A DNA stretch of 64,000 bases from Candidatus Dormiibacterota bacterium (GTDB taxonomy: Bacteria > Chloroflexota > Dormibacteria > Aeolococcales > Aeolococcaceae), in NCBI GenBank assembly GCA_963833055.1, contig CAWHWM010000004.1:391643-455642 (forward strand), in the 5' to 3' direction. Below the pieces are notes generated by a model that saw nothing but the letters and a program-made list of their open reading frames with translations, ran no database searches and was not told the origin of the DNA. Positions 16,771 to 24,894 of this stretch are shown here, piece after piece. Numbering within the stretch: the stretch's first letter is position 1; each line of letters opens with the position of its first letter. A program made the position numbers and the translations under genes.

Positions 16771-18011
16771 GCAACGGGTCCGGGCGGAGGCGCGGACCGC
16801 TCGCGCACCGCAACTTCCAGCTGCTGGTCGGCTGCGACGTCACGTCGATGGTCGGCACCGCGATGGCCACTGTTGCGGTGCCGTTTGCGGTGTTGAAAAG
16901 TGGTGGCTCCGTCAGCGATGTCGGCTATGTCGCCGCCGCCGGACTGTTGCCCACGGTGGTGTTTCTGCTCTTCGGCGGAGTGGTCGCGGACCGCCTCCCG
17001 CGTCAGCGCGTCATGGTCGTGGCCAATATCGCGCAGGGACTGGCACAGGCCGGGTTTGCCGCGCTGGTGCTCACGGGGAGCGCGCAACTCTGGGAGATGA
17101 TGCTGCTGACCGCGGCTCGTGGGAGCGCGTTCGGCATGTACATGCCTGCCGCGCAAGGGCTCCTTCCGCAAACGGTGGATGCGGACCAACTCGCGTCTGC
17201 GAACGCGGTGCGCCGGGTGGGTCTCAACAGCGCGCAGATCGGTGGTGCCGCGCTCGGCGGCCTGGTGGTCGCCGTGGTCGGACCGGGGTGGGGTCTCGTC
17301 GCGGACGCCGCGAGCTATGCGATCGCCGGCGCTCTGCGCGCTGGAATGCGCTTCACCAACCTCCCGCCGATTGTGCGAACCGGCGTCATCAACGAACTTC
17401 GCGACGGATGGCACGCGTTCACCTCGCGCCGCTGGCTCTGGATCATCGTTGTGCAATTCGGCGTGGTCAATGCCATCTACGTCGGAACGTTCAGCGTGCT
17501 CGGCCCCGCGATCGCAGACCACAAACTCGGTGGGGCAGCGAGCTGGGGACTGATTGTCGCGGCGCAATCGGCCGGTGCAGTCATCGGCGCGGCACTCATG
17601 CTCCGGTATCGACCGGTGCGACTGCTCAACGCGGCCAGCCTCGCGGTGCCGCTCCTCGGGCTGCCGCTGTTCGCGCTTGCGGTTCCGCTCGTCGTCCCGC
17701 TGATCGCGCTCGCCGCACTCCTGGCCGGCATCGGCAGCGAGGTGTTCGAGGTGAACTGGAGCACTGCAATCCAGGAACAGATTCCACCCAACCTGCTCTC
17801 TCGCGTCGCTGCCTACGACGCGCTCGGCTCCTACGCGCTGAGCCCGATCGGCACCACCGTCGCCGGCCCGCTTGCGCTCGTCATCGGCACAGCGACCACG
17901 TTGATGGCCGGCGGCTTCGTCATCGTCATCTCAGCCCTGGTCGTCATCGGGGCGTCAGACATACGAAATCTGACCCGTGTGGCGAGCCGCGCCGGTACCA
18001 CGAGCACTTGA
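16767..18011 (+). CDS. MFS transporter (EntS/Mef-like MFS_3 type)
   Basis: The 414-aa product appears to have 12 TM segments. The N-terminus HRNFQLLVGCDVTSMVGTAMATVAVPF and the loop motif GGVVADRLPRQRVM fit this family. Confidence 0.85.
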   Translation: MSNGSGRRRGPLAHRNFQLLVGCDVTSMVGTAMATVAVPFAVLKSGGSVSDVGYVAAAGLLPTVVFLLFGGVVADRLPRQRVMVVANIAQGLAQAGFAALVLTGSAQLWEMMLLTAARGSAFGMYMPAAQGLLPQTVDADQLASANAVRRVGLNSAQIGGAALGGLVVAVVGPGWGLVADAASYAIAGALRAGMRFTNLPPIVRTGVINELRDGWHAFTSRRWLWIIVVQFGVVNAIYVGTFSVLGPAIADHKLGGAASWGLIVAAQSAGAVIGAALMLRYRPVRLLNAASLAVPLLGLPLFALAVPLVVPLIALAALLAGIGSEVFEVNWSTAIQEQIPPNLLSRVAAYDALGSYALSPIGTTVAGPLALVIGTATTLMAGGFVIVISALVVIGASDIRNLTRVASRAGTTST

Positions 18012-18079
18012 CCGGGTTGGCTCGATGCACATGAGTCAGCGCTGATCCCGGGTGACCGGTCGACGGCCCTGACGCCGAA

Positions 18080-18544
18080 TTGGGGTATGGCATCGGGGAC
18101 AATGTGCGGATGGCGCTTCGCGAGGACACGCCTCAAGAGCGTGTCAATGCCGAGTGCCGGCGTCGCGGAGCCGATGTGTTCGTGTCCCGCTGCGTCGAGG
18201 TGCTGAATGGTCGCGACGTCGATGACGCCTTTCTGCACGTGCTGGGAGGGCCGCACGCGGCGCAGGTCCTGAGCGGAGCAGAGGGTGGCAGGCACGGCTA
18301 CTGGCCGCGGGTCTGGGCGACGCGCGGGTTGCTCTACGCCTGGGATGCATCGGCGACGGACGTCTTGATCGCGGCGACGGACGATGCCGCGTGGCGAGTC
18401 CGGGAGATGGCTGCCAAGGTCATCGCGCGCCACCGTGTCGGGGAGGCGCTGAATGCGGTTGCTGCGCTGCAGCACGACCCCGTTGCGAGGGTGCGTGCAG
18501 CCGCCGAACGGGCTGTGCGCATTCTCGCCGCTTCCCGCGCCTGA
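18080..18544 (+). CDS. HEAT-repeat-like hypothetical protein
   Basis: Repeated helical motifs (WRVREMAAKVIARH, DPVARVRAAAERAVRIL). Confidence 0.5.
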   Translation: MGYGIGDNVRMALREDTPQERVNAECRRRGADVFVSRCVEVLNGRDVDDAFLHVLGGPHAAQVLSGAEGGRHGYWPRVWATRGLLYAWDASATDVLIAATDDAAWRVREMAAKVIARHRVGEALNAVAALQHDPVARVRAAAERAVRILAASRA

Positions 18545-18568
18545 TTCTGGTTCGTGTGGCTGTACGCG

Positions 18569-18760
18569 GTGCGAACAGTGTGGTGGGCTACTTGCGACGG
18601 TGCGCTGTGCGAACGCGAGTAGCTACATGCGGGCCGTGGGATCTGCGAATGCGAATAGCTACATGCGGCCGTCCGCTCTGCGAACGCGATTAGCTACAGC
18701 GGCCGTCCGCTCTGCGAACGCGAGTAGCTACATGCCACCGTCCGCTCTGCGAACAACTTC
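18569..18760. repeat. 34-38 bp tandem array, about 5.5 units, each containing the palindrome GTAGCTAC
   Basis: Units start at 18569, 18607, 18643, 18678, 18712 and 18747 (partial). Units 3 to 5 are about 89% identical, and the leftmost units are more diverged. There are no unique spacers between units. Confidence 0.85.
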
Positions 18761-18913
18761 TGTCGCGCGAAGTTGACCCCCGCACGCGATGCATTTGAAC
18801 ATCGGCCGGCGGTGGGCCGTCGGCCAGCCGCCAATCAACCGATCATCGCGCCGGGGCGGCGTGAAGCTGAGCGGAACCAGCCGATCGGCCCCGCAATGGC
18901 CGCAAAAGATCAA
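18728..18913 (-). CDS. Possible small zinc-ribbon protein (CxxC...CxxC)
   Basis: FCGHCG...KCIACG pattern. The start is TTG with no clear SD. The last 7 codons and the stop lie inside the 35-bp repeat array. The ORF is in frame with the upstream ABC ATPase stop codon. Confidence 0.3.
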   Translation of the reverse strand: MIFCGHCGADRLVPLSFTPPRRDDRLIGGWPTAHRRPMFKCIACGGQLRATEVVRRADGGM

Positions 18914-18955
18914 GACGCGGGGATAGTGCCACGCGTCGGAAAGTCCGTGTGTACG

Positions 18956-20026
18956 CTACGAAACCAACGCGGGGCCGGACGCGACCGGGTCACGGTCCGT
19001 GGCGTCCGCGACGGCGACATGACACGCCGCGTCATGCGCCGGGCCCATCGGTCGCAGGAGTGGCGTCACCTCGGCGCACTGCTCGATGGCATAGGGACAA
19101 CGCTGGCGGAAACGGCAGCCTTCACCGGGATCGATGACGCGCGGCGGCTCACCGCTGTCGGCTGACACCGGCACCAACTTCTCGCGAGGATCCGGTACCG
19201 CGGAGAGCAGCAGTTGCGTGTACGGGTGCTTCGGCCGCGAGAGGACGACCTCCGTGGGGCCCTGCTCGACGGCGTGCCCCGCGTACATGACGACGATGCG
19301 ATCGGCGACGTAGCGCGCGCTCGCGATGTCGTGCGTGATGTACAGGATCGACGCATCCGCGTCGGCACGAAGTCCGGCCATCATGTTGAGGATGCCCGCC
19401 CGGATCGAGACGTCGAGCATGGAGACCGGTTCGTCGGCGAGGATCAACTTGGGACGGACCGCAAGCGCCTGGGCAAAGCCGACGCGCTGGCGCTGGCCGC
19501 CACTCATCTCATAGGGGAACTTGCGCAGCATGTCGCCGGCGGGGTTGAGACCGACGATGTCGAAGACACGTTCCGCTTCTTCAAGACGCTGAGCGCGGTC
19601 GAGCTCGGGCCGGTGCAGCTTGAGGTTTCGCATGACGCCATGCGAGACGCGGAACACCGGGTTCATCGCGCTGTACGGGTCCTGGAAGACCATCGGCACT
19701 TCCCCGCGGTACCAGAGCACGTCCTTGCGGGAGCGCAGCTTGTGGACCGAACGGCCCCGGTAGAAGATGGTGCCGCGAGTCGGTGGATAGATCATTGCGA
19801 GCAGGCGGGCCACTGTCGTCTTGCCGCTCCCGCTCTCGCCGACCAGCGCGACGATCTCGCGCTCGTGGATGACGAGGTCGAGGTCGTCGACCGCATGGAG
19901 CGTGCGGCGGGAGAGCAGCCCTCCGAGGCGGAAATGCCTGGTCAGCCCGGCAGTGCGAAGCAGGACATCGTCGCCGGACTCTGCCTTCGCCACCGGCGCG
20001 GCGCCGGCGTCAGGGAGGACGCTCAT
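18956..20026 (-). CDS. Opp/Dpp-type ABC transporter ATP-binding protein (OppF/DppF-like)
   Basis: Walker A GESGSGKTT, signature SGGQRQR, Walker B LILADEPVSMLD, and the C-terminal oligopeptide-type extension. Confidence 0.9.
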   Translation of the reverse strand: MSVLPDAGAAPVAKAESGDDVLLRTAGLTRHFRLGGLLSRRTLHAVDDLDLVIHEREIVALVGESGSGKTTVARLLAMIYPPTRGTIFYRGRSVHKLRSRKDVLWYRGEVPMVFQDPYSAMNPVFRVSHGVMRNLKLHRPELDRAQRLEEAERVFDIVGLNPAGDMLRKFPYEMSGGQRQRVGFAQALAVRPKLILADEPVSMLDVSIRAGILNMMAGLRADADASILYITHDIASARYVADRIVVMYAGHAVEQGPTEVVLSRPKHPYTQLLLSAVPDPREKLVPVSADSGEPPRVIDPGEGCRFRQRCPYAIEQCAEVTPLLRPMGPAHDAACHVAVADATDRDPVASGPALVS

Positions 20027-21006
20027 CGCGCAGCCACCGGTGCGGCGTGCTCCGCATACAGCAGACAGCGCACCTGCGTGTCATCCACGTCGTACAGCTC
20101 GGGCTTGGTGGTGATGCACTGCGGCATGACCACGTTGCAGCGCGGATGAAAACGGCACCCTGACGGTGGCCGGCCAAGGTCGGGTGGGCTGCCGGGAATG
20201 CCGATGAGCGGCCGGCGCGGCCCGCGAACCGACGGGAAGGCGTCGAGCAGCCCTTTGCTGTACGGGTGCAGCGGCCGATCGAAGAGCGAGGTGGTATCGC
20301 CGATCTCGGCCACCTGTCCGGCGTACATGACCATGACCCGATCCGAGTAATGCGCGACGACGGACATGTCATGCGTGACGAAGATCACGGCGAACCCGAA
20401 CTGCTGCTGCAGCTCCCTGATCTGGGTCATGAGCGAGCGCTGCGCGACGACATCGAGCGCTGATGTGGGCTCATCCATGATCACGAGCTGCGGTGTGAAG
20501 AGCAGCGCCATGGCGATCATTGCTCGCTGGCGCATGCCGCCGCTCAGCTGGTGCGGATAGCTGTCCAGATGCGCGGCGTCGATGCCGACAAGATGGAGCA
20601 CTTCGGCCGAGCGCGTGCGGATGGCGTCAGCGGACATGTGCTCGTGCGCGCGGATCGTGTCCTTGAACTGCGCGGCGATGCTCTTCATCGGGTTGAGCGC
20701 GTTCATCGCGCTCTGCATCACCACCGAATAGTCACGCCAGCGGATGAGCCGGAGCGCATTCGGGGTCAGCTGGACGAGATCCTGGCCCCTGAAGACGACG
20801 CGGCCCGACGTGATCTCCGCAGGCGGGGACAGGAGCTGCGCGATGGCGAACAGCAGCGTCGATTTGCCGCATCCCGACTCGCCGACAATCCCGAGGAATT
20901 CGCCGGCGCGCACCGTCAGGTCGACCCGTTCGACTGCGCCGATGTCCGCGTCGTCGGTGAGATACGAGACCGAGAGGTCCTCGACCTCAAGCAGTGGTTC
21001 TGGCAC
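20023..21006 (-). CDS. Opp/Dpp-type ABC transporter ATP-binding protein (OppD/DppD-like)
   Basis: Walker A GESGCGKST, signature SGGMRQR, Walker B LVIMDEPTSALD. 4-nt overlap with the downstream ATPase gene. Confidence 0.9.
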   Translation of the reverse strand: MPEPLLEVEDLSVSYLTDDADIGAVERVDLTVRAGEFLGIVGESGCGKSTLLFAIAQLLSPPAEITSGRVVFRGQDLVQLTPNALRLIRWRDYSVVMQSAMNALNPMKSIAAQFKDTIRAHEHMSADAIRTRSAEVLHLVGIDAAHLDSYPHQLSGGMRQRAMIAMALLFTPQLVIMDEPTSALDVVAQRSLMTQIRELQQQFGFAVIFVTHDMSVVAHYSDRVMVMYAGQVAEIGDTTSLFDRPLHPYSKGLLDAFPSVRGPRRPLIGIPGSPPDLGRPPSGCRFHPRCNVVMPQCITTKPELYDVDDTQVRCLLYAEHAAPVAAR

Positions 21007-21922
21007 GTCGTTTTCTCACCGGCCGGAGCGCGGGGTTGCCGATCTCGTCGAAGGCGTAGTTCACGAGCGCGAATCCGGCGCCCATGACGGCGACGGCCGC
21101 TCCGGGCGCCAGCGCCCACCACGCGTTGCCTGCCTCGAGCGCGCCGCCCTGTTGCGCGTAATAGAGCATGGTTCCCCAGGTCAGCTCGGTGCTGTTGCCG
21201 AGGCCGAGGAACTGCAGTCCGGCCGCGAATCCGACGACGAACACGGAGAGGCCGAGGAACGACGCGACGATCAGCGAGGTCATGGTCGGGATGACCTCGA
21301 CGAAGATGATGTACGAGGTGCGTTCGCCGCGCACCTTCGCTGCCGAGAGAAAGTCTCGGGCGCGCAGCGAGAGCCCCTGCGATCGCAGCTGCCGGGCCTG
21401 GAACGCCCAGCTTGTGAGGGTGAGCACCACGATCATCGTCACCGAGCCGGGAGGCAGGTACGACGCAAGCACGATGAGGAGCGGCAGTGTGGGGATGATC
21501 AGGAAGATGTCGGTGATCAGCGAGAGCGTGCGGTCGGTGAGGCCGCCGATGTACGCCGCGGTGACGCCGACGATCATGGAGATGACCGTGGCAAGCGCAC
21601 TGACCACGACGGTGACGATCAGCGTGAGACGTGTGCCCCAGATCAGTTGCGAGAAGACATCCTGGCCGAGCTGCGTGGTGCCGAGGAGATGTTGCGCCGA
21701 CGGCCCGAGATCCTGGCCGTAGATGGCCGCCTGCGGGTCGTCGCGCGCCACGACGCCCGGGAAGATCGAGAGCAGCACGAGGATCAGCAGGATCACCATC
21801 CCCGCCGTCGCCTTGCGATTGCGAAGGATCGCCCGCGTGAAGCGAGCGGACGCACTCCGATGGCGCGTCGTTGCTGCGGGTCCGAGCGCGTCGGTGTCGG
21901 TGGCGATGGTGGCGATGCTCAT
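20987..21922 (-). CDS. Opp/Dpp-type ABC transporter permease (OppC/DppC-like)
   Basis: Multi-TM BPD-transporter permease with an EAA-like loop (AAKVRGERTSYIIFVEVIP). Confidence 0.85.
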   Translation of the reverse strand: MSIATIATDTDALGPAATTRHRSASARFTRAILRNRKATAGMVILLILVLLSIFPGVVARDDPQAAIYGQDLGPSAQHLLGTTQLGQDVFSQLIWGTRLTLIVTVVVSALATVISMIVGVTAAYIGGLTDRTLSLITDIFLIIPTLPLLIVLASYLPPGSVTMIVVLTLTSWAFQARQLRSQGLSLRARDFLSAAKVRGERTSYIIFVEVIPTMTSLIVASFLGLSVFVVGFAAGLQFLGLGNSTELTWGTMLYYAQQGGALEAGNAWWALAPGAAVAVMGAGFALVNYAFDEIGNPALRPVRKRRARTTA

Positions 21923-21934
21923 GCCACGTCCTTC

Positions 21935-22906
21935 CTACGCATCGCGAGTCCGCGGATCCAACCCGGCCGTGGCCAGGTCGGCGAGCAGCACGCAGATGAG
22001 CACGGCGATCGTGTAGACGAGGAAGAGCGCCTGCATCAACGGCAGATCGTGGTCGGTCGTGCTCGTGTAGAAGAGATATCCAAGTCCGGGATACGAGAAC
22101 GTGTACTCGATGAGAATGGAGCCGCCGAGCACGTAGCCCAACTGCATCGCGAATCCCGTGAGGTTGGGGAGGATCGCGTTGCGGGCGGCGTAGTCGACCA
22201 TGATGCGCCAGCTGCGAAGGCCCTTGGCCCGCCCCATCTTCACGTAGTCCTCGGCCAGCGTGGTGATCATGTTGTTGCGCATGGAGTAGATCCAGAGACC
22301 GGCGGTCACGACGACCAGGGCGAAACCGGGAAGGATCGCGTGGACGAGCACGTCGCCGACGAAGGACAGCGACAGCGACGGCTCCGTGCCGATGCTGTAG
22401 TTGGAGCTGAGTGGCAGCCAGTTGAGCGTGACTGCGAACACGTAGAGAAGGAGGAGCCCGACGAAGAAGACGGGGAACGAGGCGACGATGAAGAGCATCG
22501 GCGGGAGGATCCCGTCAAGCTTGCCGCCGCGACGCCATGCGCCCACGACGCCCACCAGCGTGCCGATGGCGAACGCGATGACGGTGGAGACGCCCACGAG
22601 CCCCAGCGTCCATGGCAGCTTGCCGATGATCTCGGTCAGCACCGGCTCCCGTTGCGCGGTGAGGCCGAACTGACCGGTGAGGCAGTTCCCGATGTACTGC
22701 AGGTAGGTGATCAGGATGTTCTGGTGCACGTTGACACCGAACTCGATCTGCAGGGCGTGCAGGGCCGCAGGGTTGACGTTGCGGAACGTGGCCAGCACCG
22801 CTGTCGCCTCATTGCCCGGCATGACGCGCGGGATGATGAAGTTGACCGTGAGCGCGGCCCAGAGCGTGATGAGAAAGAGGCCGACGCGGCGGGTGACGTA
22901 CCTCAC
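21935..22906 (-). CDS. Opp/Dpp-type ABC transporter permease (OppB/DppB-like)
   Basis: MRYVTRRVGLFLITLWAALTVNFIIPRVMPG N-terminus is typical of OppB/DppB. EAA loop DYVKMGRAKGL. Confidence 0.85.
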   Translation of the reverse strand: MRYVTRRVGLFLITLWAALTVNFIIPRVMPGNEATAVLATFRNVNPAALHALQIEFGVNVHQNILITYLQYIGNCLTGQFGLTAQREPVLTEIIGKLPWTLGLVGVSTVIAFAIGTLVGVVGAWRRGGKLDGILPPMLFIVASFPVFFVGLLLLYVFAVTLNWLPLSSNYSIGTEPSLSLSFVGDVLVHAILPGFALVVVTAGLWIYSMRNNMITTLAEDYVKMGRAKGLRSWRIMVDYAARNAILPNLTGFAMQLGYVLGGSILIEYTFSYPGLGYLFYTSTTDHDLPLMQALFLVYTIAVLICVLLADLATAGLDPRTRDA

Positions 22907-22948
22907 CGCCGCGTCGGCCGAGCCAGGACCCAGCGCATGGGGGCTACG

Positions 22949-24691
22949 CTAGCTCACCGGGTAGAGTTTGGTGAGAACAACGCCGTTGTCTGGTGTCGCC
23001 CACACCGGAGGCTGCGCATAGGGATCGGACTGTGTCGGCCACCCGCCGAAGCTCGAGGTGTCGTACTGGTACCAGTCCACACCTTCGACCACCGGGATGA
23101 CCGGGAGGTCCTGGGCCATGACGGTCGAGATCTGATGGATGATCGAGAGCTGCTGCGCCGGGGTCGCGCCTGAGTACTGGTTGAAAAGCGCGTCGGTGGC
23201 AGTCGACTTGTAGCGCTCGTAGTTCGTGGAGCCGATGCTGCCGCTGAAGAGCATTGGACGCAGCTCGTAGTACGGGCCTGGGCCGGCCACCGGCATCTCG
23301 CCGTATGCGAGCTGGAAGTTGCCGTTCTGCGTGTCGTTGGTGTACGGCGTGCTGTCCTCGTCCTGGACGGTGACCGCGATGCCGACAGCCTTCAGCTCCT
23401 GCGTGATGACCTGGAGCGAGGCGTCCCAGTCGGTGTACCCGCTGATCGTCTTGATGGTGAAGGAGAGCTGCTGGCCCTGCGCATTCGCGTAGATGCCGTT
23501 CGACCCCTTGGTGAAGCCAGCGGCCTGCAGGGTCGCCTCAGCCTTCGATGGGCTGTACGTGGTGGTGTCGAGCGATTTCTCGTACCACGCCTGGTAGGTC
23601 GGCAGCACGATGCCCGTCTGGTTCGCTGCGGGCTCGTATCCGCTCTCACCGCGCTGTGAGACCTGCTGGCGATCGATTGCCATGGAGATCGCCTGACGCA
23701 CCGCCAGGTTGCCCAGCAACGGGTTGGTCAGGTTCGGGAAGAGCGAGACGTTGAGCGTCGGCGGGAACCAGTAGTGCCGCGTCGACGGGCTCTTGGCGAT
23801 GTAGTACGACTGGATGTTGGGGATGTACTGGGCGCCCCACTGCGCCTCACCCTGTGCGAGGTACAGGTTGGCGGATGTGTTGCTGAGGAACGCCGGGTAG
23901 TCGACCTCCTGCACCTGCGGGACGGGGTGCGCAGCGGTGCTCTGCCAGTAGTGCGGATTGCGGAGGTACTTGATGTTGTCCTGCGAGCAGTTCGACATGA
24001 GATACGGGCCGGTGCCCACCGGAGTGGTATCGGCCTGGCTGTCGAGCTTGGTCTGGTCGAAGGCGCTCCAGATGTGCTGCGGAATGATCGGCGTCTGATC
24101 CGCGACGTAATAGAAGTACGACTGCGCCGGCGCGTTGAACGTGAAGACCACCTGGTTCGTCCCCTGAACGGCGACGCTCGTGAGTGGTCCGCTGTCCACC
24201 GACCACAGCGCGTTGAGGTCGAGCGCCGGATCCGCCTTCAGCGCGTTGAAGGTGTATGCGACGTCGTTGGCCGAGAAGGGCGTGCCATCACTCCACTTCA
24301 CGCCCGAGCGGATGGTCATGGTCAGCGTCGTGAAGTTGTTGCTCCAGCTCGATCCTGTGGCGAGCCACGGAGTGACCTTCGGCGTCCCGTCCGGGTTCGT
24401 CTGCAGGATGTTGATGAACTCGAGCGGCTCGTAGATGAATCCGATGGACGTGATGTTCACCGACGGGTTGAACGGATTGAACTGACAGGTCCACGTGCTG
24501 CCGCTCTCGTTGTCGATGAGCAGCTTGCCGCCGATCTTGCCGTTGTTCGCGGTGCCACCGCCGCCGGTTGGCGTCGACGCGGAGCCGCAGGCCGCGGCGA
24601 GCACCCCCGCAACGACGATCACGCTCATCGGCTTGAGGCGGCGCAATGACCGACCGCCCGAGTTCCTGTTCGGTCGCCACGTCCTTAGCAT
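22949..24691 (-). CDS. ABC transporter substrate-binding lipoprotein, family 5 (oligopeptide/oligosaccharide type)
   Basis: Lipobox VLAAACGS, 580 aa, and family-5 SBP architecture. An alternative start is ATG at 24628. Confidence 0.85.
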   Translation of the reverse strand: MLRTWRPNRNSGGRSLRRLKPMSVIVVAGVLAAACGSASTPTGGGGTANNGKIGGKLLIDNESGSTWTCQFNPFNPSVNITSIGFIYEPLEFINILQTNPDGTPKVTPWLATGSSWSNNFTTLTMTIRSGVKWSDGTPFSANDVAYTFNALKADPALDLNALWSVDSGPLTSVAVQGTNQVVFTFNAPAQSYFYYVADQTPIIPQHIWSAFDQTKLDSQADTTPVGTGPYLMSNCSQDNIKYLRNPHYWQSTAAHPVPQVQEVDYPAFLSNTSANLYLAQGEAQWGAQYIPNIQSYYIAKSPSTRHYWFPPTLNVSLFPNLTNPLLGNLAVRQAISMAIDRQQVSQRGESGYEPAANQTGIVLPTYQAWYEKSLDTTTYSPSKAEATLQAAGFTKGSNGIYANAQGQQLSFTIKTISGYTDWDASLQVITQELKAVGIAVTVQDEDSTPYTNDTQNGNFQLAYGEMPVAGPGPYYELRPMLFSGSIGSTNYERYKSTATDALFNQYSGATPAQQLSIIHQISTVMAQDLPVIPVVEGVDWYQYDTSSFGGWPTQSDPYAQPPVWATPDNGVVLTKLYPVS

Positions 24692-24750
24692 CCGGTTCCT
24701 CCGAAGTCTCGCTGTCCCCGCAGGGAGGTGAGAGGGTGATCCGCGGCCGT

Positions 24751-24894
24751 AATTTATAGGAAAGCTACCTTAACATCAGCGGCGTGGTCAACCACTTCGC
24801 GGCCGCCGAGATTGGCCGCTTCATCCGGCTCGCTGAGTTCCCCGAGGACCTACCGCTTGACAGCGGGGCTGTCTGATAGGAAGAATCCCTAACC
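24751..24894. promoter_or_regulatory. Divergent control region with two AT-rich boxes ATAGGAA-N5-CCT(T/A)A(A/C)C, a TTGACA hexamer and a minus-strand TATAAAT
   Basis: Box 1 is at 24751-24774 and box 2 at 24871-24894, directly before the GH9 ATG. TTGACA is at 24857-24862. The reverse complement of 24752-24758 is TATAAAT, facing the ABC operon. Confidence 0.35.

Noticed and set aside
20744-23173. 809-aa plus-strand ORF
   Set aside because: It is antisense to the two ABC permease genes and the ATPase. Its composition is extremely rich in Arg, Asp, Glu and His, and the opposite strand carries clear transporter motifs. This is a typical GC-rich shadow ORF.
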